Shown one piece after another: positions 9,561 through 19,228 of a stretch of 64,000 nt of DNA. Position 1 is the first letter of the stretch. Every line of letters begins with the position of its first letter. Position numbers and translations under genes: made by a program. The notes below the pieces were generated by a model. The model saw only the letters and a list, made by a program, of their open reading frames with translations, ran no database searches and was not told the origin of the DNA. This DNA comes from Clostridiales bacterium (GTDB lineage Bacteria > Bacillota > Clostridia > Oscillospirales > CAG-272), in the NCBI GenBank assembly GCA_012837425.1, contig DURE01000006.1:11462-75461 (forward strand). Reading direction: 5' to 3'.

Positions 9561-10907
9561 TTATTTTCCCGCTGTGCTGATATTCCGGGCCAGCACCGCG
9601 GGAGAGGCGAATACCGTGTAGCCCGACGGGATGCCGTATTCGACTTTGCTTCCCACGTGAGTTATGCTCTTGAGCAGCCCGTAGAAGTTCCCTGCTATTG
9701 TGAAGGATTTGACCGGCCGCCCGCGCTGCCCGTCCTCAACCAGGAATCCCGCGCACTCGACCGAGAAATCCCCGGTCGCGTAGTTGGCGCCGGCGTGCAG
9801 GCCCTTTATCTCGGTGACATAAAGGCCGCCCAAGGCAATTTGAAAGAGTTCTTCAAGGCTGCAGGCGCCGGGTTTGATTGAGAGGCATAAGGGGCTTATG
9901 TCAACCGCGTCGGCATAGCTGCCCTTGCTTGCATTCCCGGTGCTTCGGGTGCCTGCTTTTTTGGCGTTTGAAAGGTCGTATAAAAGGGTTTTCAAAACGC
10001 CCTTCTCGACAACATTCTTCGTGTATACCGCGACGCCCTCGGCGTCAAAGGTGGTCTGCATCGGGCAGTTGGGGTCGAAGGGGTCGTCGCAGATAGTAAT
10101 GCAGGGTGCCGCTACCTCGCTCCCCTCCTTGCCTGCAAGCAGCGAGAGGCCGAGTCGGGCACTCTTGCCCGAGAATACCGTTGAAAAGGCGGCAAGCAGG
10201 TTCAGCATCTGGCGGCCGTCGATTATGACGTCGTACTTGCCGCTCTCAATTTCAACGGCGCCGATTTTTGCCCGGGCCCCGGCGACCGCGCGCTCCGAGA
10301 GAGGGAGGAGCCTGTCAAGCCCGCAGCCGAGCGCGTAGTCGTAATCATCGGCCGACTCCCCGTCGACCTTTACCACCGCCCGGACAAATCCGCCGGTCAT
10401 GCCGGCGGTGTTGGCAAGGCTTAGCCCCTTTGAGTTGAAAATCCGCGTCTCGGTCTCATATGCAAACACCCGGGACTGGGTCCCATCGGTTACCGATTTG
10501 CTTTTTGCGTATGTGCTTTGCTGAAGTGCTAACGCGTTGTTTTTGAGCAGCGCGGCGTCGGGGAATTCCACGGGCTGCGCGGTCTTTTTCCCGTACTCTG
10601 ATGAGCCGGGATAAATGAAGACCTCGTCGTCGCTTTCAATGTGCTTTGCATTCTCAACGGCGCGCAGAACCAACTCCCGCATTTCGTCCGTGGTCATCAG
10701 CTCGGTCGAGGCATAGCCCATGCGCCCGCCAAAAATGCAGCGAAAGCAAATGCCGCCCGACACGCCGAAAGAGAACCCGCTTATCTCATCTCCGAGCGCC
10801 TCGGCCATAGCGTCTCTTGCGGTTTTGAAATATATCTCATACTGCTCAATTCCGGCGGCCGTGGCTGCTTTGACCAGCGCGTCCTTTAGTTTCTCAAAAT
10901 CAATCAT
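9561..10907 (-). CDS. pmbA: PmbA/TldE family protein
   Basis: DDP..FDAEG, GLHAGAN..TGDFS; no HExxxH motif; adjacent to tldD. Confidence 0.88.
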   Translation of the reverse strand: MIDFEKLKDALVKAATAAGIEQYEIYFKTARDAMAEALGDEISGFSFGVSGGICFRCIFGGRMGYASTELMTTDEMRELVLRAVENAKHIESDDEVFIYPGSSEYGKKTAQPVEFPDAALLKNNALALQQSTYAKSKSVTDGTQSRVFAYETETRIFNSKGLSLANTAGMTGGFVRAVVKVDGESADDYDYALGCGLDRLLPLSERAVAGARAKIGAVEIESGKYDVIIDGRQMLNLLAAFSTVFSGKSARLGLSLLAGKEGSEVAAPCITICDDPFDPNCPMQTTFDAEGVAVYTKNVVEKGVLKTLLYDLSNAKKAGTRSTGNASKGSYADAVDISPLCLSIKPGACSLEELFQIALGGLYVTEIKGLHAGANYATGDFSVECAGFLVEDGQRGRPVKSFTIAGNFYGLLKSITHVGSKVEYGIPSGYTVFASPAVLARNISTAGK

Positions 10908-10938
10908 TGGCTGCTCCGTCCTTTTGTATTGTGAATTG

Positions 10939-12318
10939 TCATCTTCCGCCTACCGTGATGCTGCTTACGCGGATGAGCGGCTGGCCGACATCTGTCGGAA
11001 TTGTGCCGCTCCTCGAGCCGCACATGCCCTGCCCGCAGGCCAGATTCTGCCCCACCATGTCTATGTCCATGAGTATCTGCGAGCCGGTGCCGATAAGAGA
11101 GGCGCCTCTTACCGCCTCGCAGATTTTGCCGCCGCGTATCATGTACCCTTCGCGCACCGAAAAATTGAAAGCCCCGGTGAGCGGGTTTACCGAGCCGCCC
11201 CCCATCTCCTTGGCGTAAAGACCGAACTCAATAGACTCGATTATATCGCTGTTTTTATCCGGGCCGTTTAGAATGAAGGTGTTGGTCATTCTTGAGGTCG
11301 GCTCGTATGAGTAGTTCTGGCGGCGGCTGTTGCCGGTCACAGGCAGTCCCATCCGGCGGGAGCCCAGCCGGTCTATCATGTAGCTTTTCAGCACGCCGTC
11401 CTCAATCAGGACATTGCGGCAGGCCGGATTGCCCTCGTCGTCGATATTTATCGACCCCCATGCGTTGGGTATGGTGCCGTCGTCTACCGCCGTCACCTTT
11501 TTGTTTGCAATTTTCTGTCCGAGTTTTCCGGCCATCTGCGAGGCGCCGATTGCCACCGAAGTGGCCTCGAGCGAGTGCCCGCAGGCCTCATGGAAAATAA
11601 CCCCGCCGAACCCGCTCTCAATTGCCACCGGCATCCTGCCGGCCCGGCAATAGTCGGCCTCAAGGTTGGTAATCGCCTGTGCCGCGGCCATTCGGCCGAG
11701 TTCTTCGGGTATATGCTCCTCAAAAAACTCAAGTCCCATAAGGCGGCCGGGGGAGGTCGAGCCTGACTGGTTTTCGGTACCGTCCGAGGCTATGGCACTT
11801 ATGACAATGCGGGTTCTCACACTTCTGTCGGTTGTATAAAGCCCTTCGCTGTTGGCGATGAGGATATTGCGGTCTTTGCTTGTCAGGCTACCCTGAACCT
11901 GGATAATCCGCTTGTCGTATTCGGCTGCCGCAACACATCCGGCCCTGAGCAGCTCTGCTGCAAAGCCTGTGAGCGCGGCCGAGGGCACAATCCTTACCGG
12001 ATGAATATTCGGGAAGATGCGCTCGCACAGCAAGATATTGGACTTTACCGAGCTGTCGCCTATAGCCTCGGCGACCGAGGCCGCGCAGAGCATAAGCCCG
12101 TCCTCAGAAATGTCGGTGGTAGAGGCGTAAACCGTCCTGACCCCCAGAAATGCCCGGATACCGACACCCGATATGGTATTGTCGTATATGGATTCAATTT
12201 TGGAATCAATATAGTTTATCGCCGAGGAATGAGACCTCTCGGCAAATATTTCAGCGAAATCCGCGCCGCTTGCCATGGTGCGCAGCAGTACTCTTTCAAG
12301 CAGGTGTTTGTTCAGCAT
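10939..12318 (-). CDS. tldD: TldD family metalloprotease
   Basis: HEACGH metal motif, DDEG, SRMTNT, C-terminal GMCG..GQP. Confidence 0.92.
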   Translation of the reverse strand: MLNKHLLERVLLRTMASGADFAEIFAERSHSSAINYIDSKIESIYDNTISGVGIRAFLGVRTVYASTTDISEDGLMLCAASVAEAIGDSSVKSNILLCERIFPNIHPVRIVPSAALTGFAAELLRAGCVAAAEYDKRIIQVQGSLTSKDRNILIANSEGLYTTDRSVRTRIVISAIASDGTENQSGSTSPGRLMGLEFFEEHIPEELGRMAAAQAITNLEADYCRAGRMPVAIESGFGGVIFHEACGHSLEATSVAIGASQMAGKLGQKIANKKVTAVDDGTIPNAWGSINIDDEGNPACRNVLIEDGVLKSYMIDRLGSRRMGLPVTGNSRRQNYSYEPTSRMTNTFILNGPDKNSDIIESIEFGLYAKEMGGGSVNPLTGAFNFSVREGYMIRGGKICEAVRGASLIGTGSQILMDIDMVGQNLACGQGMCGSRSGTIPTDVGQPLIRVSSITVGGR

Positions 12319-12337
12319 TTATCCGGCCGTCCTTGCA

Positions 12338-12925
12338 TTATTTTATTCTGTAGTTTATGTAGTGAACCGCCCATGCCCCGTCATCAAACCCGAGCCTTGT
12401 CACCGAGCAGTTGCCTATTCTGAGCGGCGGGGTATAGATCGGCATTTTGAGTATTCTATGCAGAAAAGCAAATATCGTACCGCCGTGGGTTACCACGGCA
12501 ACGGTTTTGGATTTGGTATCCTTCTCAAGGTCGGAGAGGAAAGACGCCGCCCTTGAGACCAGCGACTCAACGCCCTCGCCCCCGTAGGGCGCGTAGTTGA
12601 GCCTTCGGGAGTTTTCAATATATTCCTCACCGAACAGCTTTATAATTTCCTCACGGGTCTTGCCCATGAAAACACTGCTGTTTATCTCGCGCAGCCGCGC
12701 GTCGTACTCTATATCATCCCTTCCCTCAAAAATTATCGAGCAGGTCTGGCGGGTGCGGTAGATGTCGCTGCAGATCACTCGGTCGGGTTTTTTTTCTGTA
12801 AAAAATGCTCTGAGCTCTTTTGCCTGCTCTATCCCCCTCTCGGTCAGTCCAATATCCCCCCAGCCCTGATTAATACCGTCGCGATTACCGTATGTCTGTC
12901 CGTGTCTTATCAGATAAACTATCAT
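12338..12925 (-). CDS. Histidine phosphatase family protein
   Basis: LIRHGQT, SD..RT.QT, VTHGG. Confidence 0.9.
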   Translation of the reverse strand: MIVYLIRHGQTYGNRDGINQGWGDIGLTERGIEQAKELRAFFTEKKPDRVICSDIYRTRQTCSIIFEGRDDIEYDARLREINSSVFMGKTREEIIKLFGEEYIENSRRLNYAPYGGEGVESLVSRAASFLSDLEKDTKSKTVAVVTHGGTIFAFLHRILKMPIYTPPLRIGNCSVTRLGFDDGAWAVHYINYRIK

Positions 12926-12933
12926 TTTGGGTG

Positions 12934-14076
12934 CTAATCCTTTACTCTTTCAATTAATGATATTCTGTATTTATTATAAAAATCTTCAAAATAGTTGTTC
13001 TCAATTGCGCCCTTTATTTTTTGCATGAGCTCGTTGTAAAAATACAGATTGTGAAGCACGGCCAGCCTCATTCCGAGCACTTCTTTTGCCTTTATCAGGT
13101 GGCGCAGGTATGCGCGGCTGTGGCTCCGGCAGGTCGGGCACCCGCAACCCTGGTCGGGCGGGCACGGGTCGCGCGCGTATTTTTCGTTTAAAAGGTTGAG
13201 CTTTCCCTGCCAGGTGAAGAGGCTGCCGTGGCGCGCGTTGCGGGCTGGCAACACGCAGTCGAAAAAGTCAATCCCGAGCCTCACCGCCTCAAGTATGTCT
13301 GCCGGCGTTCCCACCCCCATGAGATACCTCGGCTTGTTTTGCGGCATATGTGGCTCGACAATATCGATTATCCGGTACATTTCCCGAGGCCCCTCGCCCA
13401 CCGCAAGCCCACCTATGGCGTAGCCCGGCAGGTCAAGCTCTGCAATCCGCTCCATGTGTCGAACCCGCAAATCCTCATATGTGCCGCCCTGATTGATTCC
13501 GAAGAGCAGTTGGTGTTTGTTTATAGTCCCGGGCAGCGAATTAAGGCGCTCGAGCTCGTCGCGGCAGCGCACAAGCCATCGGGCGGTTCTCTCGCAGGCC
13601 TTCTCCACATAGTCATACGGCGCGGGGTTTCCGATACACTCGTCAAAGGCCATTGCAATGGTGGAGGCAAGGTTTGACTGTATCTTCATGCTCTCCTCAG
13701 GGCCCATGAAAATCAGCCGCCCGTCTATGTGAGAGGAAAAGTACACTCCGTCGTCGGTGATTTTTCTCAGCTTTGCCAGCGAGTATACCTGAAAGCCGCC
13801 GCTGTCGGTCAGCACCGGCCGCGGCCAGTTCATGAATGACCGCACGCCCCCAAGCTCGCGTATCAGCTCATCTCCCGGGCGCAGGTGCAGGTGGTAGGTG
13901 TTTGAGAGCTGGACCTGACAGCCGATTTCGGCAAGCTCGCGCGTGGACACCCCACCCTTTATCGCGGCGGCCGTTCCGACATTCATAAAAACCGGAGTCT
14001 CAATTACCCCGTGAACGGTATAAAATCTGCCGCGCCTTGCCCGTCGGTCGGTTTTGAGTATTTCAAACATCGGCAT
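12934..14076 (-). CDS. tgt: tRNA-guanine transglycosylase
   Basis: NTYHL, TDSGGFQ, FDEC, GGLAVGE, CxCxxC..H zinc site. Confidence 0.96.
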   Translation of the reverse strand: MPMFEILKTDRRARRGRFYTVHGVIETPVFMNVGTAAAIKGGVSTRELAEIGCQVQLSNTYHLHLRPGDELIRELGGVRSFMNWPRPVLTDSGGFQVYSLAKLRKITDDGVYFSSHIDGRLIFMGPEESMKIQSNLASTIAMAFDECIGNPAPYDYVEKACERTARWLVRCRDELERLNSLPGTINKHQLLFGINQGGTYEDLRVRHMERIAELDLPGYAIGGLAVGEGPREMYRIIDIVEPHMPQNKPRYLMGVGTPADILEAVRLGIDFFDCVLPARNARHGSLFTWQGKLNLLNEKYARDPCPPDQGCGCPTCRSHSRAYLRHLIKAKEVLGMRLAVLHNLYFYNELMQKIKGAIENNYFEDFYNKYRISLIERVKD

Positions 14077-14088
14077 TTACTCCGCTTT

Positions 14089-16113
14089 TCATGTGCGCCC
14101 GAACTGCCGGTCAAGCGAACTTTTGGTTATCTCCATCGCCACCGGCCGCCCGTGCGGGCAGAAGGTGATGTCGGGCAGCTCCATCAGCTTCTCGACAAGC
14201 CACCTAATATGCTCCGGGCTGTATTCGCGCCCGGCCTTTATCGCCGCTTTGCAGGCAGCCTGATATAGCGCTTTCTCAAAGAGCAGGTCGCGCTCAAGGC
14301 CGGGGCTGCCGGTCTCGTTTTTTATCCGGTCGGCCATGCTCATGAAGATATCGGGGACCGCCGAGAGCTCCACCGCGTCAGGGAAGGCGGTTATAGTGAC
14401 GGTGTATTTCTCGGCCGTAAAACTAAACCCGAGTTTTTCAATTTCCTCCCGGTATTCAAGCAGCGCAAGTATCTCCTCGCTGGTCAGCATGAACTCAAGC
14501 GGCGGCATTATGGTCTGTGAGCTCACCCCGGTGCTTTTCAGGCCGACACGGAGCCTCTCGAAGATTATGCGCTCGTGTGCCGCATGTTTGTCTATAAGCA
14601 GGATTTTCTCGCCGTTATCGACGATTATATATGAATTAAAGGCCTCGCCGACAATTCTGTAACCCTGCTGTTGCAGCTGTAGTTCCTCCGCAGCTGCCCC
14701 GTCCGATTTCTCCGGCATATAACCTGATGCCGGCTGGTCGGCCCCTGCCGGGGGGATACCGCCATCAGTGTAAATTTCTTCCGGCTCATGGCTGTTTTTT
14801 TGGGCTTCGGTGACTCTGAACTCCTCAATATAATCCGCGGCCGTCAGAACTTCGGGCTTTGTTGCCGCAGCCGCGTGGGGCTTTGCAGGGGTAGCTTGAG
14901 CTGAAGGCTTTGCGGCCGGCCCCGCCTCTGTTACCTCATTTGTCGGCTGTGCCTCTAGGTTTTCGTCGGTTGCAGGCTCGGCTGCCGACTGTGTCGCACG
15001 GCCATCAGGCGGTATCTGCCCGGTATTCGTGTCCTCATTATCCTTGGACTGACTCGAGGATGTCTGCCGGTATTCCTCAAAGGTTATGCGCCCGAGTCTA
15101 GCGGGGTCGAGACCTGGGCGGGTCGTATTGTGCTCAAGCGTGTTCTTAACCCCGTAGTAGACCGCCTCAAACACCAGCTTTTCGTTTGAGAACTTGACCT
15201 CAAGCTTTGCCGGATGCACGTTTACGTCGACGGCGAGGGGATTTATTTCAACAAAAAGCACGCAGACCGGAAATTTCTCGGTCGCGATATATGAGCTAAA
15301 GGCCTGTTCGAGGGCTGCTCCTATAGTTCTGCTCCTGACATAGCGCCGGTTAATAAAAAAATTCTGCCCGCTTCTGTTGGGCTTGCAGTTGTCCGGCCGC
15401 CCGATATATCCTGTTACCTTTACGCCCTCGTACTCATAGTTTACCTCAAGCAGGCCAAGGGCAAATCGGCGCCCGAAGAGCGCATATATAGTGTTCAGTA
15501 GCACACCGTCGCCGGGAGTTTCGGTTTTGGTCTGTCCGTCGACTATGCAATAAATCGCCACCTCGGGGTGCGAGAGCGCGTTTTTTTCAACAGCGGCCAT
15601 GACCGCCGCCGTCTCGGTGATGTCCCTTTTGAGGAACTTCCGTCTGGCCGGCACATTGAAAAAAAGGTTTTCGACAATGACTGTTGTCCCCTCGGAGCAT
15701 CCGCGCTCGAAAACCCCGAGTATGTCCCCGCCCGACACCTCAATGGCGGCGCCTGTCGCCCCTCCCCTTACCCGGGAGATAATGCGCAGGTCGGACACCG
15801 CGGCAATCGCGGCCAGCGCCTCCCCGCGAAAGCCCAGCGACATAATTCGGTCAAGGTCCCCGGCCTCCTTAATCTTGCTGGTGGCGTGCCGGCGCACGGC
15901 AACAGGCAGGTCGTCCTTCTCTATCCCGCCCCCGTTGTCGGACACGCGGATGAAGGTTGTTCCGCCGTTTTGGATTTCGACTGTAATGCGGTCTGCACCC
16001 GCGTCTATTGAATTTTCCATAAGCTCCTTAACGACCGACGCCGGCCTGTCGACCACCTCTCCGGCGGCTATCAGGTTTGCTACAGCAAAGGACAATATAT
16101 TTATCTTACCCAT
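14089..16113 (-). CDS. mutL: DNA mismatch repair protein MutL
   Basis: IAAGEV, ENSIDA, GFRGEAL, DVNVHP, DKHAAHER, ACK and CPHGRP endonuclease motifs. Confidence 0.97.
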   Translation of the reverse strand: MGKINILSFAVANLIAAGEVVDRPASVVKELMENSIDAGADRITVEIQNGGTTFIRVSDNGGGIEKDDLPVAVRRHATSKIKEAGDLDRIMSLGFRGEALAAIAAVSDLRIISRVRGGATGAAIEVSGGDILGVFERGCSEGTTVIVENLFFNVPARRKFLKRDITETAAVMAAVEKNALSHPEVAIYCIVDGQTKTETPGDGVLLNTIYALFGRRFALGLLEVNYEYEGVKVTGYIGRPDNCKPNRSGQNFFINRRYVRSRTIGAALEQAFSSYIATEKFPVCVLFVEINPLAVDVNVHPAKLEVKFSNEKLVFEAVYYGVKNTLEHNTTRPGLDPARLGRITFEEYRQTSSSQSKDNEDTNTGQIPPDGRATQSAAEPATDENLEAQPTNEVTEAGPAAKPSAQATPAKPHAAAATKPEVLTAADYIEEFRVTEAQKNSHEPEEIYTDGGIPPAGADQPASGYMPEKSDGAAAEELQLQQQGYRIVGEAFNSYIIVDNGEKILLIDKHAAHERIIFERLRVGLKSTGVSSQTIMPPLEFMLTSEEILALLEYREEIEKLGFSFTAEKYTVTITAFPDAVELSAVPDIFMSMADRIKNETGSPGLERDLLFEKALYQAACKAAIKAGREYSPEHIRWLVEKLMELPDITFCPHGRPVAMEITKSSLDRQFGRT

Positions 16114-16185
16114 ATCTTACCCGTAAATCACCTCATGAGGGCGCCTTGAGCGGCGACCGGTACCGTATACAAGCGAAGTGCTGCA

Positions 16186-18780
16186 TCATTTCAGACGCTT
16201 CTGCAGGTTATAGAGCAGCGTCATGGCTTCATAGGGCGAGAGAGTATTCAGGTCAATTCCTTTGAGTTCCTCTATAACCTGTTCGTTCATCATGTCGTCA
16301 ATGGTTATTGCCGTCTCGTCCTCCTCGGGCAGGGCTTGTCCGGCAGTGCCGGCCGCCTTCACCGCCCGGGAGGCCGCCTCGACCATGAGCAGCACTTCCC
16401 GCGCCCTTTTTATCACTTCATTCGGCACGCCGGCAAGCTTTGCCACTTCAATTCCGTAGCTGTCGTCGGTCGAGCCCCGGACTATCTTGCGCAGAAAAAT
16501 GATGCTATCTCCGCGCTTTTTGGCGGCTATGTTGTAATTGACAACACCCTGCAGTTCATTCTCAAGCGAGGTCAGCTCATGGTAATGCGTGGCAAAAAGC
16601 GTTCTGGCACCGATTTTTTTGTTTGTGTACTCGATTATCGCCCGCGCTATGCTCATGCCGTCGAAGGTTGAGGTACCGCGCCCTATCTCGTCATATATGA
16701 TAAGACTTTTTTTGGTTGCGTTCTTTAATATGTAGGCCACCTCGTTCATCTCAAGCATAAAGGTCGAGCAGCCGAAGGCCAGGTCGTCCGAGGCTCCGAC
16801 GCGTGTGAAAATCTTGTCTGCAATGCCAACTTCGGCCTCGGTTGCCGGCACGAAGGAGCCCATCTGCGCCATTATGGTTATCAGCGCGATCTGTCGCATG
16901 TATGTCGATTTTCCGGCCATATTCGGTCCGGTGATAAGCATTATGCGGTTGTCGGTGGTGTTGAGATAGGTATCGTTGGGGACAAAGTAGGTGTCCTTGA
17001 CAAATTGCTCTACTACAGGGTGCCGTCCGTCCTTGATCATAATCGTGTCGGTGTTGCTCAGCATTGGTCTGACATACCTGTTACGCACTGCAACGCTGGC
17101 AAGACTCAGGTACACGTCGAGCTTTGCAAGCTGGGCCGCGGTGCTCTGAATCCGGCGGCTGTTTTCGGCGACCTTATCGCGGATATTTTTGAAGAGCTCG
17201 TACTCAAGCGCGCATAGTTTGTCGGTGGCGCCGAGGATTGTCGCCTCCATATCCTTGAGTTCCTCGGTGATGTACCGCTCGCAGTTTGACAGGGTCTGCT
17301 TGCGGATATACCTGTCGGGCACCTGGTCAAGCAGCGACTTTGTCACCTCGATATAATAACCAAAAACGCGGTTGTAACCTATCTTCAGGGTTTTAATTCC
17401 GGTCCGCTCGCGCTCCTCTTCGGCAATTTTCCTGAGCCATTCGCTGCCGTCGTCGCGAACACTGAGCAGGTAATCGACATCTTTGTCATACCCTGCTTTG
17501 ATAATACCGCCTTCCCGAACCGAGAATGGCGGGTCGTCGACAATCGCCATGTCGATGAGCTTATGTATGTCCTCGAGCGTGTCAAGTCCGCGGTAGATTG
17601 AAGACAGCTCGGGCGAGTTGCATTTCTCGATAAGACTGCGGATTCCGGGCAGCACGGCCAGCGTCGCAGCCACCGCGCGCAGGTCGCGCCCGTTCGCGGT
17701 GCCGTATATAACTTTTGTTATCAGCCTCTCAAGGTCGAGCACCTTAGACAGGTGTGCCGAGAGCTCCTCGCGCAGCAAAAAATCGCCATAGAGCTCCTCG
17801 ATGGCACCGAGGCGTTTTTCTATGTACGACGAGTTGAGCAGCGGTCTTTCAAGCCACTTGCGGAGCAGCCGCGCGCCCGGCGCGGTTTTAGTTTTGTCGA
17901 GCACCCAGAGCAGCGACCCTTTTTTCTCGCCCTGCCGCATGGTCTCGGTCAGCTCAAGGTTGCGTCGGGTGTTTGCGTCAATCTCAAGATACTGGCTCTC
18001 GCCGTAAATTTTCAGGTCCCTGATATATGAAATATCCGTCTTCCCGACCTCGGCGATATACCCGAGCAGCGCCGCGATCCCGACAATTAGCGGGCGGTCG
18101 GCAAAGTCCTCATCGCGCACCGTCCCGCCGAACTGCTTTTTCACGGTTTGGGCAGCCGTCACATAATCAAAATACCCGGTGCATTTGTCGGATACCATTA
18201 TTTCTTTGTGAGCGCTGAGATACTCTGAAAGCCTGTCATGCTCGCTTATGTCGACGTTGGTAATTATCTCGCGCGGGGAGTAGGCGACAAGCTCGTTTAT
18301 AAGCCGGCTGCAGTTTTTGTCCCCGGAAAAGGCGGTGGCGAAAACCTGAGCCGTCGATATGTCGGCGAAGCAGACGCCGGTCCCGCTCTCCTCAAGGTAA
18401 AGTGCACAGACATAATTGTTTTGCGTCGAGTCGAGCAGGTCGGTCTCAATCAGCGTGCCGGGGGTGATAATCCTCACCACATCGCGCTCGACCAGCCCGC
18501 GCGCCGTCGCCGGGTCTTCAAGCTGCTCGCAGATAGCGATTTTATAACCCTTCTCGATAAGCCTGCCGATATAAGTCTCTACGCTGTGAAAGGGCACTCC
18601 ACACATAGGCGCGCGTTCGGCCTCTCCGCAGTCCCGGCCGGTGAGCGTCAGCTCAAGCTCGCGCGAGGCTACTATGGCGTCGTCAAAGAACATCTCATAG
18701 AAGTCCCCCAGCCGGTAAAAGAGCAGGTAGTCCTTGTATTTTTCTTTTATCCCGAGGTACTGCTCCATCATCGGGGTCAT
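16186..18780 (-). CDS. mutS: DNA mismatch repair protein MutS
   Basis: MTPMMEQY, GDFYE, GPNMAGKST, DEIGRGT, ATHYHEL; ATG 18780 preceded by GGAGG. Confidence 0.97.
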   Translation of the reverse strand: MTPMMEQYLGIKEKYKDYLLFYRLGDFYEMFFDDAIVASRELELTLTGRDCGEAERAPMCGVPFHSVETYIGRLIEKGYKIAICEQLEDPATARGLVERDVVRIITPGTLIETDLLDSTQNNYVCALYLEESGTGVCFADISTAQVFATAFSGDKNCSRLINELVAYSPREIITNVDISEHDRLSEYLSAHKEIMVSDKCTGYFDYVTAAQTVKKQFGGTVRDEDFADRPLIVGIAALLGYIAEVGKTDISYIRDLKIYGESQYLEIDANTRRNLELTETMRQGEKKGSLLWVLDKTKTAPGARLLRKWLERPLLNSSYIEKRLGAIEELYGDFLLREELSAHLSKVLDLERLITKVIYGTANGRDLRAVAATLAVLPGIRSLIEKCNSPELSSIYRGLDTLEDIHKLIDMAIVDDPPFSVREGGIIKAGYDKDVDYLLSVRDDGSEWLRKIAEEERERTGIKTLKIGYNRVFGYYIEVTKSLLDQVPDRYIRKQTLSNCERYITEELKDMEATILGATDKLCALEYELFKNIRDKVAENSRRIQSTAAQLAKLDVYLSLASVAVRNRYVRPMLSNTDTIMIKDGRHPVVEQFVKDTYFVPNDTYLNTTDNRIMLITGPNMAGKSTYMRQIALITIMAQMGSFVPATEAEVGIADKIFTRVGASDDLAFGCSTFMLEMNEVAYILKNATKKSLIIYDEIGRGTSTFDGMSIARAIIEYTNKKIGARTLFATHYHELTSLENELQGVVNYNIAAKKRGDSIIFLRKIVRGSTDDSYGIEVAKLAGVPNEVIKRAREVLLMVEAASRAVKAAGTAGQALPEEDETAITIDDMMNEQVIEELKGIDLNTLSPYEAMTLLYNLQKRLK

Positions 18781-18802
18781 GTGCTTCTCCTCCGTCGGGC
18801 TT

Positions 18803-19195
18803 TTATTCGTGTTCGTGGTGGCAGCTTGCGCAGTCGGCACAGCCATGACTGCAGGGCATCCTGCCGGTTATGGTGTGCGTGATTTTTATATTTACCTCTT
18901 CCATGAGCCGGTTGACCGCCTCCTGAGCGCCGACATATTCGATATAGACCGGGTTCTCGGTTACCAGCTTGTACAGCTCGTCAATCCGCTCATTTAGCGT
19001 GTCGACCAGGTGGGTGTCGACCTCCTCCATCTGCCCTGCGCGCTCAAGTGTTTTTTTGTCGGCCTGGTATTCGCCGAGGTACCCCATTAGGGTCTGGTCA
19101 TTTTCATACGCAGACTTGGCGCTCTCAAAGCGGCGGTACAGCTCGCTTTCCTTTATTGCTCTGCCAAGCTGTTCTGCGGCTTGCATGATTTCCAT
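18803..19195 (-). CDS. YlbF/YmcA (RicAF-like) family regulator with Cys/His-rich tail
   Basis: Helical acidic protein between miaB and mutS; ends CSHGCADCASCHHEHE. Confidence 0.8.
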   Translation of the reverse strand: MEIMQAAEQLGRAIKESELYRRFESAKSAYENDQTLMGYLGEYQADKKTLERAGQMEEVDTHLVDTLNERIDELYKLVTENPVYIEYVGAQEAVNRLMEEVNIKITHTITGRMPCSHGCADCASCHHEHE

Positions 19196-19228
19196 GTTAT
19201 TATTCCTTTTCTTTAATTATTCTTCGAG

